Assembly: GCA_963843375.1 (NCBI GenBank)
Contig: CAWJKT010000006.1
Coordinates: 224,001-288,000 of the forward strand
Length of the DNA stretch: 64,000 nt
From: an uncultured Pseudomonadota bacterium
GTDB lineage: Bacteria; Oederibacteriota; Muellerivitia; Muellerivitales; Muellerivitaceae
Reading direction: 5' to 3'
The notes below the pieces were generated by a model, which saw only the letters and a list, made by a program, of their open reading frames with translations, was not told the DNA's origin and made no database searches. Made by a program: the position numbers and the translations under genes. Numbering within the stretch: the stretch's first letter is position 1; the number at the start of each line of letters is the position of its first letter. Of the stretch, positions 50,205-60,829 are shown one piece after another.

Positions 50205-50211
50205 AAATCTC

Positions 50212-50784
50212 CTATCGTTTCAAAATCATTGTTCTGGCGACCGGATTGCGGGAAAGCTTTTTAATCGCCTCCGACAAACGAGTCCCCGAACATTGCGCAT
50301 GCGTGATGGCGATAGCCAAAGCATCCGCCGTATCGTCAGGTTTCGGGACCTCTGTCAGTCCCAACAACAACTTCACCATCTTTTGAATCTGCTCCTTGTC
50401 CGCGCCGCCAAAACCAGCCACCGCCTGTTTCACTTCAACCGGCTTGTATTCGTAAACCGGAAGACCGGCCAAACCACAGGCCAAAAGAGCCACTCCCCTT
50501 GCCTGCCCCACAACAATGGCCGTTTTTACGTTACGGGAAAAAAACAACTCTTCCATTGCGACCACTTCAGGTTTTACTTTTTTTAAAACTTTCTGCATCT
50601 TTTTGAAAATCTCAGCCAGTCTTTGTTCCAAAGGCTGATGGGCTTCGGTGGTCAAAGTTCCAGAGACCAAAGCCTTCATTTGGCTTCCCTGCTGAACCAC
50701 CGCTCCATAACCCATTCGGGCTAGTCCCGGGTCAATTCCCAGAATCACTCTTTTCCCGGCTTGCGGAAAATTATTATCTTTCAA
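50212..50784 (-). CDS. ruvC: Crossover junction endodeoxyribonuclease RuvC
   Basis: ILGIDPG, EELFF, GQARGV, PDDTADALAIAITH. Confidence 0.97.
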   Translation of the reverse strand: MKDNNFPQAGKRVILGIDPGLARMGYGAVVQQGSQMKALVSGTLTTEAHQPLEQRLAEIFKKMQKVLKKVKPEVVAMEELFFSRNVKTAIVVGQARGVALLACGLAGLPVYEYKPVEVKQAVAGFGGADKEQIQKMVKLLLGLTEVPKPDDTADALAIAITHAQCSGTRLSEAIKKLSRNPVARTMILKR

Positions 50785-51523
50785 GCTTCGCCATGATTTC
50801 GTCGCTCACCTCGAAATTCGCGTATACGTTTTGGACGTCGTCATGCTCATCCAAGGCATCATAAAGTTTAAAAACCGACTCCGCTTTTTTCTCGTCCAGG
50901 GGTACGGTGGTCTTGGGAATCATGGTCACTTCCGCGCTTTCGGGAGTGATTTTCCTGTCTTCCAGGGCCTTTTTCACTTTATCAAAGGCCTCTTGCGGGG
51001 TGATGATCTCATAGACATCCGCTTTATCGGTCTTTAAATCTTCCGCCCCCGCGTCCAAAACCAAACCCATAAGTTCATCTTCCCCGATTGTTTCCTTTTT
51101 AAGGATAATCAGGCCTTTTTTATCGAAAAGAAAACTGACCGATCCCGATTCCCCCATGTTTCCGTTATATTTTGAAAAAACCGAGCGGATATCGGCCGCC
51201 GTGCGGTTACGGTTATCGGATACGGCCTCCACCAATATCGCCACTCCCGCGGGACCATAGCCTTCATAAAGCATCTCCTCCAGAGCAGCTCCAGCTTCAG
51301 CGCCCGTGCCCTTATTGATTGCCCTTTTGATGGTGTCTGCGGGCATGCTGACTTCCCTGGCTTTTAAAAGAATTGTCCGCAACCGGAGATTCGTATCCGG
51401 ATCGCCCCCACTCTTGGCCGCCAACTGGATTTCCTTGGACAAACGGGAAAAGACCTGGCCGCGCTTCTGGTCCAGCGCGCCTTTATATCTTTTGACTTTC
51501 GCCCATTTACTGTGGCCGCTCAT
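50774..51523 (-). CDS. yebC: YebC/PmpR family protein
   Basis: MSGHSKWA, YEGYGP, DNRNRT, DDVQNVYANF. Confidence 0.97.
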   Translation of the reverse strand: MSGHSKWAKVKRYKGALDQKRGQVFSRLSKEIQLAAKSGGDPDTNLRLRTILLKAREVSMPADTIKRAINKGTGAEAGAALEEMLYEGYGPAGVAILVEAVSDNRNRTAADIRSVFSKYNGNMGESGSVSFLFDKKGLIILKKETIGEDELMGLVLDAGAEDLKTDKADVYEIITPQEAFDKVKKALEDRKITPESAEVTMIPKTTVPLDEKKAESVFKLYDALDEHDDVQNVYANFEVSDEIMAKLER

Positions 51524-51780
51524 GTATTGATCCCATTAAGTGAAAAATTTTTATGATATTTTTCGTTTTTAGCTTTTTAGTGGTCGTAAGTAATTTCATC
51601 GGCCTGAAAAACAAAGGGTTTTCGGCCGTAAATTTTGCCCTAAAACGACAAAAGGCCGTTTTCTTGAAAAGCGCCTCAAGAAAACGAACCTTTGTTGAAA
51701 GAAATTATAACTGATGTTAAGACGCCAAGGCTAGAAAAAACCAGCCTTCTTTCCAAGAAAGTCCTGATATTTCAAGTGAA

Positions 51781-53526
51781 TTAATTCGGATTTTTTAATG
51801 GAAGTTCTTTTTCGTCCGGCAAGAATCCGGCTAAAAGAAGAACCAGGGGAGCATTCCAATTGATGGCCACTTCGTTGGAGGAATAGGAACCTTGTTCATC
51901 CAGATAGGATCGGGCCGGAGGCCCCGGGGGCAATTGGCGAAGCACCGGATCACCCGGATGTTGATTGGGCCCGCCCGCCAAAAGACCGGGCCAGGGCTGG
52001 GGCAGCCCCAAAGCCGCGCTTGGACGGTGGTGGGGATGCAAGACCGAATGGGTTCCCAATTGGGTTACAAAACAAAGGGCGAAGGTATTGCGCCCAAACA
52101 AGTAATGCAGATTTTCCAAGGCGGTGGAAAGATAATCGGGATTCGGCTTGATGCGGTTGGCCGCCAAAAGCATCACGCCAAAATTGGCGGCTACAGCGTT
52201 GGAACCCCAAATATAATTTTCAGCCCGAAGGCTGTGGTGATAACCCACTTTACGGGAGGCTTCCACCACCCTATCGGCGGCATTCAGGGTTTGTTCCCTG
52301 ATATCCGCGATTGTTTTGGCATCAGCATCAACACGATCTGAATAAGCATAATCCCACAGTCCCAGATTGGACACCGAACCCCAGGCCTGGGGCCAAAGAT
52401 CGGATATCGAAAAGTTTTTATAATTTTCAACGAAGTAGCGTCCATATTCCGCTTTACCAGTTAGACGAAAGAGTTCTGCCGAAGCCCAAAGGAGTTCGTC
52501 TCCACAATCACTGTCTATGTAACCCCCGGTGGAAACCCCTGGAGGGTTTGAAAAGGTGACGTTGGGATGGGCCGTCAACCAATTCCAAGCTTTTTCCGAA
52601 GCTTCCTGGCATTGCTTTGCATATTGAGGAAGAAAAGGTTTGTAGATTCGGGACGCCATCGCCATAACGGCCGAGAAATCGCCTGTTGCCCCGGAACTTT
52701 TATAGGGCTCTTTGCCCGTGCCGATTATATAGCGTGTTCCGCCGTCATCTTTCTCCGGAGCGACGAACCCACAGAACTTCTCCGTCGTCAACTTGTGCCA
52801 AACACCGCCGTCCCCGTCTTGCATGGTCAACATCCAATCCAGGTTCCATTTGATCTCATTGAGTATGTCGGGCAAACCGTTTCCGGATTCAGGAATATCC
52901 AGTCGAATGGCGCCGATCTTCTGCGGATACCATTCATAAGCCCAAAGCAGGGTTCCACAAGAGATCCCCGAATTCACCACGTACTTGCCGTAATCCCCCG
53001 CGTCATGCCAGCCCTTAGTCGCGTCCTTTTTCCCGTTTTTGCCCGAGGAAAGATGAAAGACCCCATCTTCGGTATGACAGGCTTCATGATGATATTGGGG
53101 AAACCTGGGACTCAGGTCGACTTTGATGCCGCATCGTTGGCCATAATAGGAACGCATACAAAGGTAATAGGCGTCGGAATAAACATCCGGTGCCGAGTGG
53201 AAATGAAAACTCTCCCCCACCCCTGGAACCGTGATATAGAACTCACCCATTTCTTGAAGACCGGAAAAATCAGCCTCACGCAGGGTATCGCCTGAGTCCG
53301 GATCATGGACGGGTGGGCTTAGCAGTCCCTTAAAGGCAATGGAATGGTCCAAAGCACGGCGCACCTGGAAGGAGCCATTGGCTTTGGCAGATGTAATGAA
53401 AGCGCTTTTGGGTTGGGAGGGTAGATATCCAACTTGATCCACTTTAATGTCCAAGGTTGGATCGGCGACAACCCGGACGGTCAGCAGGACCGCCGGCAAA
53501 AAAAGAAAAACAACAATCTTTTTCAA
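51781..53526 (-). CDS. Secreted glycoside hydrolase family 9 endoglucanase with N-terminal Ig-like domain
   Basis: VDQVGY, GWHDAGDYGKY, HPHHRPS, NEVAINWNA. Confidence 0.95.
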   Translation of the reverse strand: MKKIVVFLFLPAVLLTVRVVADPTLDIKVDQVGYLPSQPKSAFITSAKANGSFQVRRALDHSIAFKGLLSPPVHDPDSGDTLREADFSGLQEMGEFYITVPGVGESFHFHSAPDVYSDAYYLCMRSYYGQRCGIKVDLSPRFPQYHHEACHTEDGVFHLSSGKNGKKDATKGWHDAGDYGKYVVNSGISCGTLLWAYEWYPQKIGAIRLDIPESGNGLPDILNEIKWNLDWMLTMQDGDGGVWHKLTTEKFCGFVAPEKDDGGTRYIIGTGKEPYKSSGATGDFSAVMAMASRIYKPFLPQYAKQCQEASEKAWNWLTAHPNVTFSNPPGVSTGGYIDSDCGDELLWASAELFRLTGKAEYGRYFVENYKNFSISDLWPQAWGSVSNLGLWDYAYSDRVDADAKTIADIREQTLNAADRVVEASRKVGYHHSLRAENYIWGSNAVAANFGVMLLAANRIKPNPDYLSTALENLHYLFGRNTFALCFVTQLGTHSVLHPHHRPSAALGLPQPWPGLLAGGPNQHPGDPVLRQLPPGPPARSYLDEQGSYSSNEVAINWNAPLVLLLAGFLPDEKELPLKNPN

Positions 53527-53545
53527 ATCATCCTTTGATTCGCGA

Positions 53546-54793
53546 TTAATCTTCAGCCGTGATTTTTAAAATTACTTTTTTTCCAAAACGCAAAAGGAGT
53601 GAATCGCCGCGATTCATTTGAATAGAATCGTTAATATTGAGGATCCTTTCCTCTGCGCCATTGAGTCCTAAACTGACAGCTTTTTCCTCAAGTTTCCTTT
53701 TGGCTTCGCTTCGGGATTTAACCAAACCCAGTTGAACCAGAAAATCAGGGCTTAAACGAACGCCTATTTTTAACTTCACTTGTTTATGTTCAACATCCGA
53801 ACCCGTTGTTCGTCTATTTTCAAAATAATTCCAAGCTTCCTTTGCTTTTTCCGCGGAATGAAATCGTTTAGTAATTTCATCGGCTAATTCTAATTTCGCA
53901 TTTTTGGGGTTGTATTCCATCTTTTCAGCCTTGGCCCTTTTAGATTTCCATTCATCGGAATTCCCATCGGATAAAAGGTCATAATATTTCCACATCAATT
54001 CATCCGAAATGCTCATGATTTTCCCGAACATTTCCCTTGGTTCATCCGTCACTCCCACGTAATTCCCAAGGCTTTTGGACATTTTCTTGACCCCGTCCAA
54101 CCCTTCAAGTATAGGCACGCTGATTATGACCTCAGGTTTTTGGCCCGCCTCTTCCTGCAAAGCCCGGCCCACCAAGCAATTGAATTTCTGGTCGGTCCCG
54201 CACATTTCCACATCGGATTGGAGTACCACCGAGTCATAACCCTGGATGAGGGGATAAAGTAGTTCGTGAAGACCGATGGGTTTTTGTTCCTTCATTCGGT
54301 TGGTGAAATCGTCCCGTTCCAGAATGCGGGCCACCGTATACCGGGAAGCCAAACGAATGACATCCTCGAAACTCATGGGCCTGCACCATTCGCTGTTATA
54401 ACGAATTTCGACCTTGGCCGGATCCTTATCCAGCACTTTGAAGACCTGTTCCATATAGGTCTTGGCGTTGGCTTCCACTTCATCGCGGGTCAAAGGTTTT
54501 CGAGTGGCCGACTTGCCGGTGGGATCGCCAATCATGGCGGTGAAATCGCCAATCAGGAACTGCACCTTGTGACCCAGGTCCTGGAACTGGCGAAGTTTGC
54601 GCAAAACAACCGTATGTCCCAGGTGTATATCCGGAGCCGAAGGATCGGCGCCCCATTTCACCTTCAGAGGCTTGCCTTCTTTATACGAATCCTTAAGTTT
54701 ATCCAAAAGCTCATGACGAGAAATCACTTCAGCGGTTCCATGCGAAAGTTCTTCCAGTTGTTGCTCGGGAGTTTTGGGGAAATGCGTTTTCAT
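53546..54793 (-). CDS. tyrS: Tyrosyl-tRNA synthetase
   Basis: [28 protein letters not shown]-terminal S4-like domain. Confidence 0.97.
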   Translation of the reverse strand: MKTHFPKTPEQQLEELSHGTAEVISRHELLDKLKDSYKEGKPLKVKWGADPSAPDIHLGHTVVLRKLRQFQDLGHKVQFLIGDFTAMIGDPTGKSATRKPLTRDEVEANAKTYMEQVFKVLDKDPAKVEIRYNSEWCRPMSFEDVIRLASRYTVARILERDDFTNRMKEQKPIGLHELLYPLIQGYDSVVLQSDVEMCGTDQKFNCLVGRALQEEAGQKPEVIISVPILEGLDGVKKMSKSLGNYVGVTDEPREMFGKIMSISDELMWKYYDLLSDGNSDEWKSKRAKAEKMEYNPKNAKLELADEITKRFHSAEKAKEAWNYFENRRTTGSDVEHKQVKLKIGVRLSPDFLVQLGLVKSRSEAKRKLEEKAVSLGLNGAEERILNINDSIQMNRGDSLLLRFGKKVILKITAED

Positions 54794-54888
54794 AGGGGCA
54801 ATATCATAACAAAAGTGTTTTGAACGGGCTGTTGAAAAAGGAGGCTGGTGGCTATAATGAGCCCCTTCGAAAACCCAATCCAAGAGGA

Positions 54889-57117
54889 ATGATCTTGCCG
54901 ATCGAAAAAATCGAAAAAGCCAACCGGCCTTTTCTCACTTTTTTAAAGGTCGCCTTCGCCATCTGTTTCGCCCTAGCCGGCATTGGCATTGGCTGCCTTT
55001 ACGCCCAATTACAGGATCTTCCGGATATTAAGCTTCTTCAAACCACCAGTCCCTCTCAGGCCACCCGTATCTATGATATCAACGGCGAGGTGATCAGCCA
55101 GCTTTGGCTGGAACAGCGGACACTGGTATCCCTCGACAAGATCCCCCTCACCCTCCAAGACGCCCTCATCGCCATCGAGGACGACCGCTTTTACCGTCAT
55201 ATCGGCATCGACCCCATCGGCATCGCCCGCGCCTTCATCCAGAATATCCGTCATGCGGGCCAAAAGGTGGAAGGCGGAAGCACCCTGACCCAGCAGCTGG
55301 CCCGCAATCTTTTCCTGACCCATGAAAAAACTTTCACCCGGAAAATTCGCGAAGCCCTTCTAGCCCTTCAGATCGAGCGAAACTATTCGAAGAAAGAAAT
55401 CCTGGAGATGTACATGAACCAGATTTACTTCGGAGAAGGCGCCTATGGGGTGGAGTCGGCGGCCCGGAGCTATTTCGGGAAACACGTGGAGGAATTGACC
55501 CTTCCCGAATGCGCCATGGTGGCAAGCCTTCCCAAAGCCCCTAACGATTACGATCCTTACAAGCATCCCCTGGAGGCCCTGAGCCGCCGCAACTTGGTTT
55601 TAAACGCCATGGCCGAACACGGCTTTATCAGCCCCCAAGACGCCATTGACGCCAAAAACGTTCCGATTGAACTCAAAAAAATCGAGGTTCAAAACGCTCC
55701 TTATTTCGTGGAATACGTCCGCCAGCAATTAGAAGCCCGTTATGGAACCAACGCGGTTTATAAGGGCGGCCTTTCGGTTTATACCACCCTCGACCTAAAA
55801 ATGCAGGAAGCCGCCCAACAGGCTCTTTCCCGGGGCGTGGAAAACGCCGAGATTGTCGCTCGCAAGAACCGCTTGACCAACATCCCCGTGGACCAGCCTA
55901 TCCAGGGAGCGCTTTTGGCCATGGACCCCCATACGGGCGCCATTCGCGCCATGATCGGGGGAATCGACTTCCGCAAGAGCGTCTTTAATCGCGCCATCCA
56001 GGCCCGTCGCCAGCCCGGGTCGGCTTTCAAACCCTTTATCTACACCGCAGCCATTGAAAACGGCTATACCATGGCCGATGTATTTTTGGATTCTCCGGTG
56101 GTTTACCCGGATCCTATTACGGGCCAGCCCTGGCGGCCCACGAATTTCTCGGGTAAATTCAAGGGCCCCACAACCCTCCATACGGCTCTTATGTATTCCA
56201 TCAACGTTGTCACCATCAAGCTCCTGGAAAAGCTTGGAATTCAACCCGTCGTCAGCGTGGCCCGCCGCTTGGGGATAACCACCCCCATCAAGCCCAACCT
56301 TACTTTAGGTTTGGGCACCTCGGAAGTGAATTTGGAAGAAATGGTGCAGGCTTTCTCGGTTTTTGACAACCAGGGTGTAAGGGTGGAACCTTTTGGTATT
56401 TTGAGCGTCAAGGATTCTTCCGACCATGTCCTGGAAAACAACGCCCCCATAGCCCAGGAAGTTTTGGACCCGCAAGTGGCTTATATCATGACCAATACCA
56501 TGCGCGACGTCATCGACCAGGGAACGGGCCGCATCATCCGTCGATTGGGTTTCACCTATCCCGCCGCCGGCAAAACCGGAACCACGAACGACAACGTGGA
56601 TGCCTGGTTTATCGGCTTTACGCCCAGCCTGGCTTGCGGTGTTTGGATCGGCTATGACGAACGACAAAGTCTTGGTAAAAAGCAGACGGGAGGGGAGGCC
56701 GCGGCTCCTATTTGGGCGGAATTCATGAAAGCCGCCACGGAAGGGAAACCCGCGGAGGATTTCCAGCCTCCTAAAGGTTCCGAAGACGAATTCGTCCATA
56801 AGAAAATATGCCTGGACTCGGGGCTTTTAGCCACGGCCTTCTGTCCGCGCACCCGGGATGAGATTTTCAAGAAAGAGACTGCCCCTACCAAGTTTTGCAA
56901 TCTCCACTCGGGTTCCGGCGAAACGTCGCCCGGAATGGACGAAACGGGAAATAGCAACGCTCCCGCCCAACCTGGCGGCGACATCCTGGAAATGGGAGGC
57001 CCGGCGGTGGTCAAAACGGCTCCGACAACCGAATCCACCCCGGGCGAGGAAGAGGAACAGGGGCGGAAAAGAAACCCGCCAATGAACCAGGAAGCCTACC
57101 CGGACGAGGGCTTTTAA
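54889..57117 (+). CDS. Class A penicillin-binding protein (PBP1A family)
   Basis: [31 protein letters not shown]. Confidence 0.95.
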   Translation: MILPIEKIEKANRPFLTFLKVAFAICFALAGIGIGCLYAQLQDLPDIKLLQTTSPSQATRIYDINGEVISQLWLEQRTLVSLDKIPLTLQDALIAIEDDRFYRHIGIDPIGIARAFIQNIRHAGQKVEGGSTLTQQLARNLFLTHEKTFTRKIREALLALQIERNYSKKEILEMYMNQIYFGEGAYGVESAARSYFGKHVEELTLPECAMVASLPKAPNDYDPYKHPLEALSRRNLVLNAMAEHGFISPQDAIDAKNVPIELKKIEVQNAPYFVEYVRQQLEARYGTNAVYKGGLSVYTTLDLKMQEAAQQALSRGVENAEIVARKNRLTNIPVDQPIQGALLAMDPHTGAIRAMIGGIDFRKSVFNRAIQARRQPGSAFKPFIYTAAIENGYTMADVFLDSPVVYPDPITGQPWRPTNFSGKFKGPTTLHTALMYSINVVTIKLLEKLGIQPVVSVARRLGITTPIKPNLTLGLGTSEVNLEEMVQAFSVFDNQGVRVEPFGILSVKDSSDHVLENNAPIAQEVLDPQVAYIMTNTMRDVIDQGTGRIIRRLGFTYPAAGKTGTTNDNVDAWFIGFTPSLACGVWIGYDERQSLGKKQTGGEAAAPIWAEFMKAATEGKPAEDFQPPKGSEDEFVHKKICLDSGLLATAFCPRTRDEIFKKETAPTKFCNLHSGSGETSPGMDETGNSNAPAQPGGDILEMGGPAVVKTAPTTESTPGEEEEQGRKRNPPMNQEAYPDEGF

Positions 57118-57155
57118 ACTTCCAGTCAAAAAATTCGGACTCGATAAAAAAATTT

Positions 57156-57914
57156 TTATTCGACGATTTTATATTTTTTCCGGATTTCCGGCTCCGGTAA
57201 GGCGTTATAGTGCCACCATTCGTGGGATAGTTGGATGAATCCCGCTTGAGTCATGACATTCCTCAAAATCAATCGGTTTTCCATTTGCCGCCGGGTCAGC
57301 TTCCCTTCCTTCAAAAACTTCTCTTCTAATTTCGGCTCCGAGAGCTCGGAAAAAGAATCAAACCCCGTGCCCATGTCGATTTCTTTTCCCTTTTCATCCA
57401 AAAGACTTAAATCCACCGCCATACCATAATTGTGGGGGGAGCCAATTTCCGCGTTGGCCACATATTTTCGCTTCGGGGTATCCTTCACCCGGTTCCACAT
57501 AACCCACTGGACGGAATGGGGCCTCAGGGCGTCGAAAACAATGAAGGACCATCCGGGTTTTTCCTTCCTTAAAAGTTCTGTGGCCTTTTTAAATTTAAGG
57601 GCGGCATCCTTGTGGAGGAACGCCTTGTTGAAATCCCCATACATGTTGATTCCCATGAAATTATCCGTGGTGGCATATTTCAAGGAAATGACGTTGCCGG
57701 GAAGTGTTGAAAGATCGACATAATCCGGATTGTGTTCGAGCTTGTTCAAGGAATCCGCCGGTGAACTATGTTTTAAAGGCTCTTTGAATCCCATAACGGG
57801 ATCGGCCAAGACAGTTGAAGCGAAGAATATAAGCGCGAGAACAAAGAACTGGATTCCGGCCCTGGTTCCTATCACGATCCGGCCGCTAAGCGGACGTTCC
57901 TTTGATCTGGTCAA
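57156..57914 (-). CDS. D-Ala-D-Ala dipeptidase (M15D/VanX-DdpX family)
   Basis: LKYATTDNF, FDALRP, SPHNYGMAVDL, EWWHY. Confidence 0.92.
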   Translation of the reverse strand: MTRSKERPLSGRIVIGTRAGIQFFVLALIFFASTVLADPVMGFKEPLKHSSPADSLNKLEHNPDYVDLSTLPGNVISLKYATTDNFMGINMYGDFNKAFLHKDAALKFKKATELLRKEKPGWSFIVFDALRPHSVQWVMWNRVKDTPKRKYVANAEIGSPHNYGMAVDLSLLDEKGKEIDMGTGFDSFSELSEPKLEEKFLKEGKLTRRQMENRLILRNVMTQAGFIQLSHEWWHYNALPEPEIRKKYKIVE

Positions 57915-58366
57915 CCGCCAGACGCAGGACAGGCCTTAAAACATCCATTGAATCCTTAATAGCGGTGGGGGAGCCCGGCATGTTGAGGAGCAGGGTCTTT
58001 CCCCTTATTCCCGCCACCCCCCGGGTCAAGGCCACCAACGGGGTCTTTTCGTAGGCTTTATTACGGATAAGCTCGGATAACCCCGGAATCCACTTCTCAC
58101 AAACCTGGTACATGGCCTCCGGTACCCGATCCTTGGGTTGAACCCCGATCCCATCCACGGTAAAGATTAGGTCGATTGTCCCGCTGTCAGCGGTCTGGAC
58201 CAAGTGGGCGGCTAGGGACTGCTCGTCGTCCCCCAGCGCCTGGCGGATCACTACTTCCCATCCCATTTTCAGACAAGAGGCGTTGAGATTGTCCCCGGCC
58301 TCGTCTTTGGCGCCCCCAGTAGACGTATTTCTCTCCAACAGTGAACAAAGCGACTTGGATGGGCAT
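57886..58366 (-). CDS. MogA/MoaB molybdopterin biosynthesis family protein (frameshift near the 5' end)
   Basis: DLIFTVDGIG...DRVPEA...RGVAGIRGKTLLLNMPGSP; RBS plus ATG at 58366 in another frame. Confidence 0.85.
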
Positions 58367-58475
58367 AAATCTCCTTGGAAATTCACCAATAAAAACCGGG
58401 TGATGAATTTGTTTCGTAGGGATTTTAATTCGGAAATAGGATTTTTACAGCGGTGGAATGAATTATTTTCTCGAA

Positions 58476-60474
58476 TTAATGTTGACTACCGTTGCCCAGG
58501 TCGTCGGTGGGAGGCAGATCCAAATCTTTGGGAGGCGCCACATCCGCGTCTTTCAGTGGCGGCAATGCCAGGCTGGAATCACTGGATGAGTTGGAGGGTG
58601 TGGGATTGCCGGTGGCCGGGCTGTTATTGGAACCAGTGGCCGTGGAGGGGCTGGAAAGATCCGGTCCCAAATCCAAGGGAGGAGCCTGCATGCCGTCGAT
58701 ATCCCCGCCGACTCCATTCAAGGATTGAAGCGCTTTTTGTTGATCCTCCGCGCTAACCGTCGGCGCCGCAGTGGGTTGGGGGGTAACCGGAGCCGGCTGG
58801 ACAACTGGGGCGGCTGGAGGCGGAACCATGTTGTTATCGGTGGTGCTGGCCGGGACCGGCGGCACCGGAGGAACGGATGCCGAGGGCGGATTCGGGGCTG
58901 CGGTGGTTGCGGTTGAAGAAACAGCGGCCGGAGGAGGTGTTATTTGCTCGGTTAAATCCGGCGGCGGTGGAACGCTAGGCGCTGGGGGAGGATTTGGGCT
59001 TGCGGTGGTTGTGGAAGCAGTGGAAGCTGGAGAAGTAGAATTGACAATATCCGGGGGAGCGATGACGTCCACTGAAGGTGGAGCGGGTGGGGTTGTCGAA
59101 TTAGCCGTTGAAGAAGGAACTTCAGGAGGAGGAGCAGCCGCGTTCCCTGCCACCGGCGGCGGTGGAAGCGTAACATCCGAATTGGGCAAAGACGGTGGAG
59201 CCGAAACCTCTGGCGGCGCTGGAACGGATGGCGCGGTTGAGGAAACAGCGGCAGGCGGCTCGGGAACGGGGGGTGACGAGGGAACTGGAGTTGGAACGGA
59301 AGGTTCAGAAGCAACGGGAGGATTCGATGGGGCCGCAACCGACGGGCTCTCAGCGGAGGGGGATGGCACGACCGCAGCTTCCTCCGCCACGTTTCCTTGA
59401 TCCGGGGGCAGATTAGCTAAGGGTTTTAAAGTATGTGGAGCAGCCGGCAATTCTTTTACTTTAGCGATCTGTGTCCCGGCGGGGGACTCGGGCTCGGTGG
59501 TTTCCGCAGCCTCCGGAGCAGGTTCGGCGGCCTCCGGGGCGGCTTGTTCGGCGGGTGGAGCGGAAACTTCAGCAGGGGGAGCTTCGACGGCCGCGGACGA
59601 TGGAGCCGGTTGTTTTTGTGGATTTTGGCGGGCCAAGGCCTCCTGCTTCTCCTTTTTTTCCTGTGTCTTGAGGGCCATTTCCATTTGCTTGGTAATCAGG
59701 GGCAACTGGGTCCGGACATAAATCCGAAGAACTTCTTTCAGGGATTTCAAGGGTTTCAGGCTCACCGACCCCTGGATTTTGGCTTGGACTGTTTTCTCGT
59801 CGGAATTTCCCCAATAATTATCTCCGAGCTTGCGCCGCCGGGGTGTTATTGACGACTTCCTTATCGTTATCATGGATGCTGTTGTTGGTGAAATCAAAAT
59901 CCGTAAAGTTCTTCAGGTAAAGCCCATAGGTATTTTCAGTAATTGTGTTGAATTCCAGGACCGCCTTGACTTGGCCATCCAATACGACCCCGGTGGCATT
60001 CCCGTAAATTTTGCCGTTTTCCACACTTGCGGTCGTAGCCCCGCGCAAATAAAGTCCGCTTCCCTTGGTCATTTCAAACCATTGCAAATGCAGTTGTGAG
60101 TCTTGGACCAGGAAAACACCGCTGAGGATGCGGACATTGGTCATGTCGGCTGTAGCGCCATTGATAAAGAGCTCGCTTTGGAGCCCTCCCTGAATCATTC
60201 CAAATATCGCCGGTGCCGCCGCCGAACCCTCGACGTCCAGGGTCCCATCCACTTCCAAGGCCGCGGGGCCCTGAAAATCAACTCTTACTCCGGGGCCGAC
60301 ATGCAAGGTCGCGCCTTTTGCCACGACCACCCTGCCTTGGATCAAATAGGGACTGCCCGAAGCATCCCATTGCGTGTCCGTGGTAATGAAAGCAGGGACA
60401 TTGGTGGAAGCAAAACCAGAGATGGAAAGGGTTGAAAAAACGAGGAAGAGCGGTAAATAAATCTTGTGTTTCAT
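58476..60474 (-). CDS. Secreted right-handed beta-helix protein with long Pro/Ala/Ser-rich tail (frameshift near 59830)
   Basis: Signal peptide, 'W...GSPY', 'FNTITENTYG', then NYWG and a Pro-rich region in the next frame. Confidence 0.7.
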
Positions 60475-60786
60475 AAAGTGGCTTACAACCTCATGAAATT
60501 ATTTTTCTAACAACAATCGATACCTGATATTTTTTGGAAGAGTCGTAAAGTCCCGTTACTATAACACAAAACGTTATTGGATAAATGACAAAGACAATAT
60601 CCGAAAGAAAGACTTGGGGACCGTTGCCAAGATGGTGAAAAGGTATTTTTCAGCCTCTTGTCCACGGCCACGGGTTTGAACGTGCCACTTAAAATACGGT
60701 TTTTTTGCGCATGGCGCCGTTCACAATCAGGAAAAAGTCCCTATTCCGGACTTTTAAACATCCAATAAAAGCATTGGGTATGGAAT

Positions 60787-60820
60787 AAAAAAGGGGCGGA
60801 AGTTTCCTTCCATCCCTCTT
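60787..60820 (-). terminator. Probable terminator after ppdK
   Basis: Imperfect GC stem followed by TTTTTT on the minus strand. Confidence 0.55.
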
Positions 60821-60829
60821 CAAAGTGTT

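Noticed and set aside
57156..57914. Vancomycin resistance (vanX) call
   Set aside because: No vanHA/vanRS context; a housekeeping M15D dipeptidase next to PBP1A is more likely.
60659..60690. TGTCCACGG upstream of the beta-helix gene
   Set aside because: Only 8 bp match, with no GGTCCC core or inverted arm.
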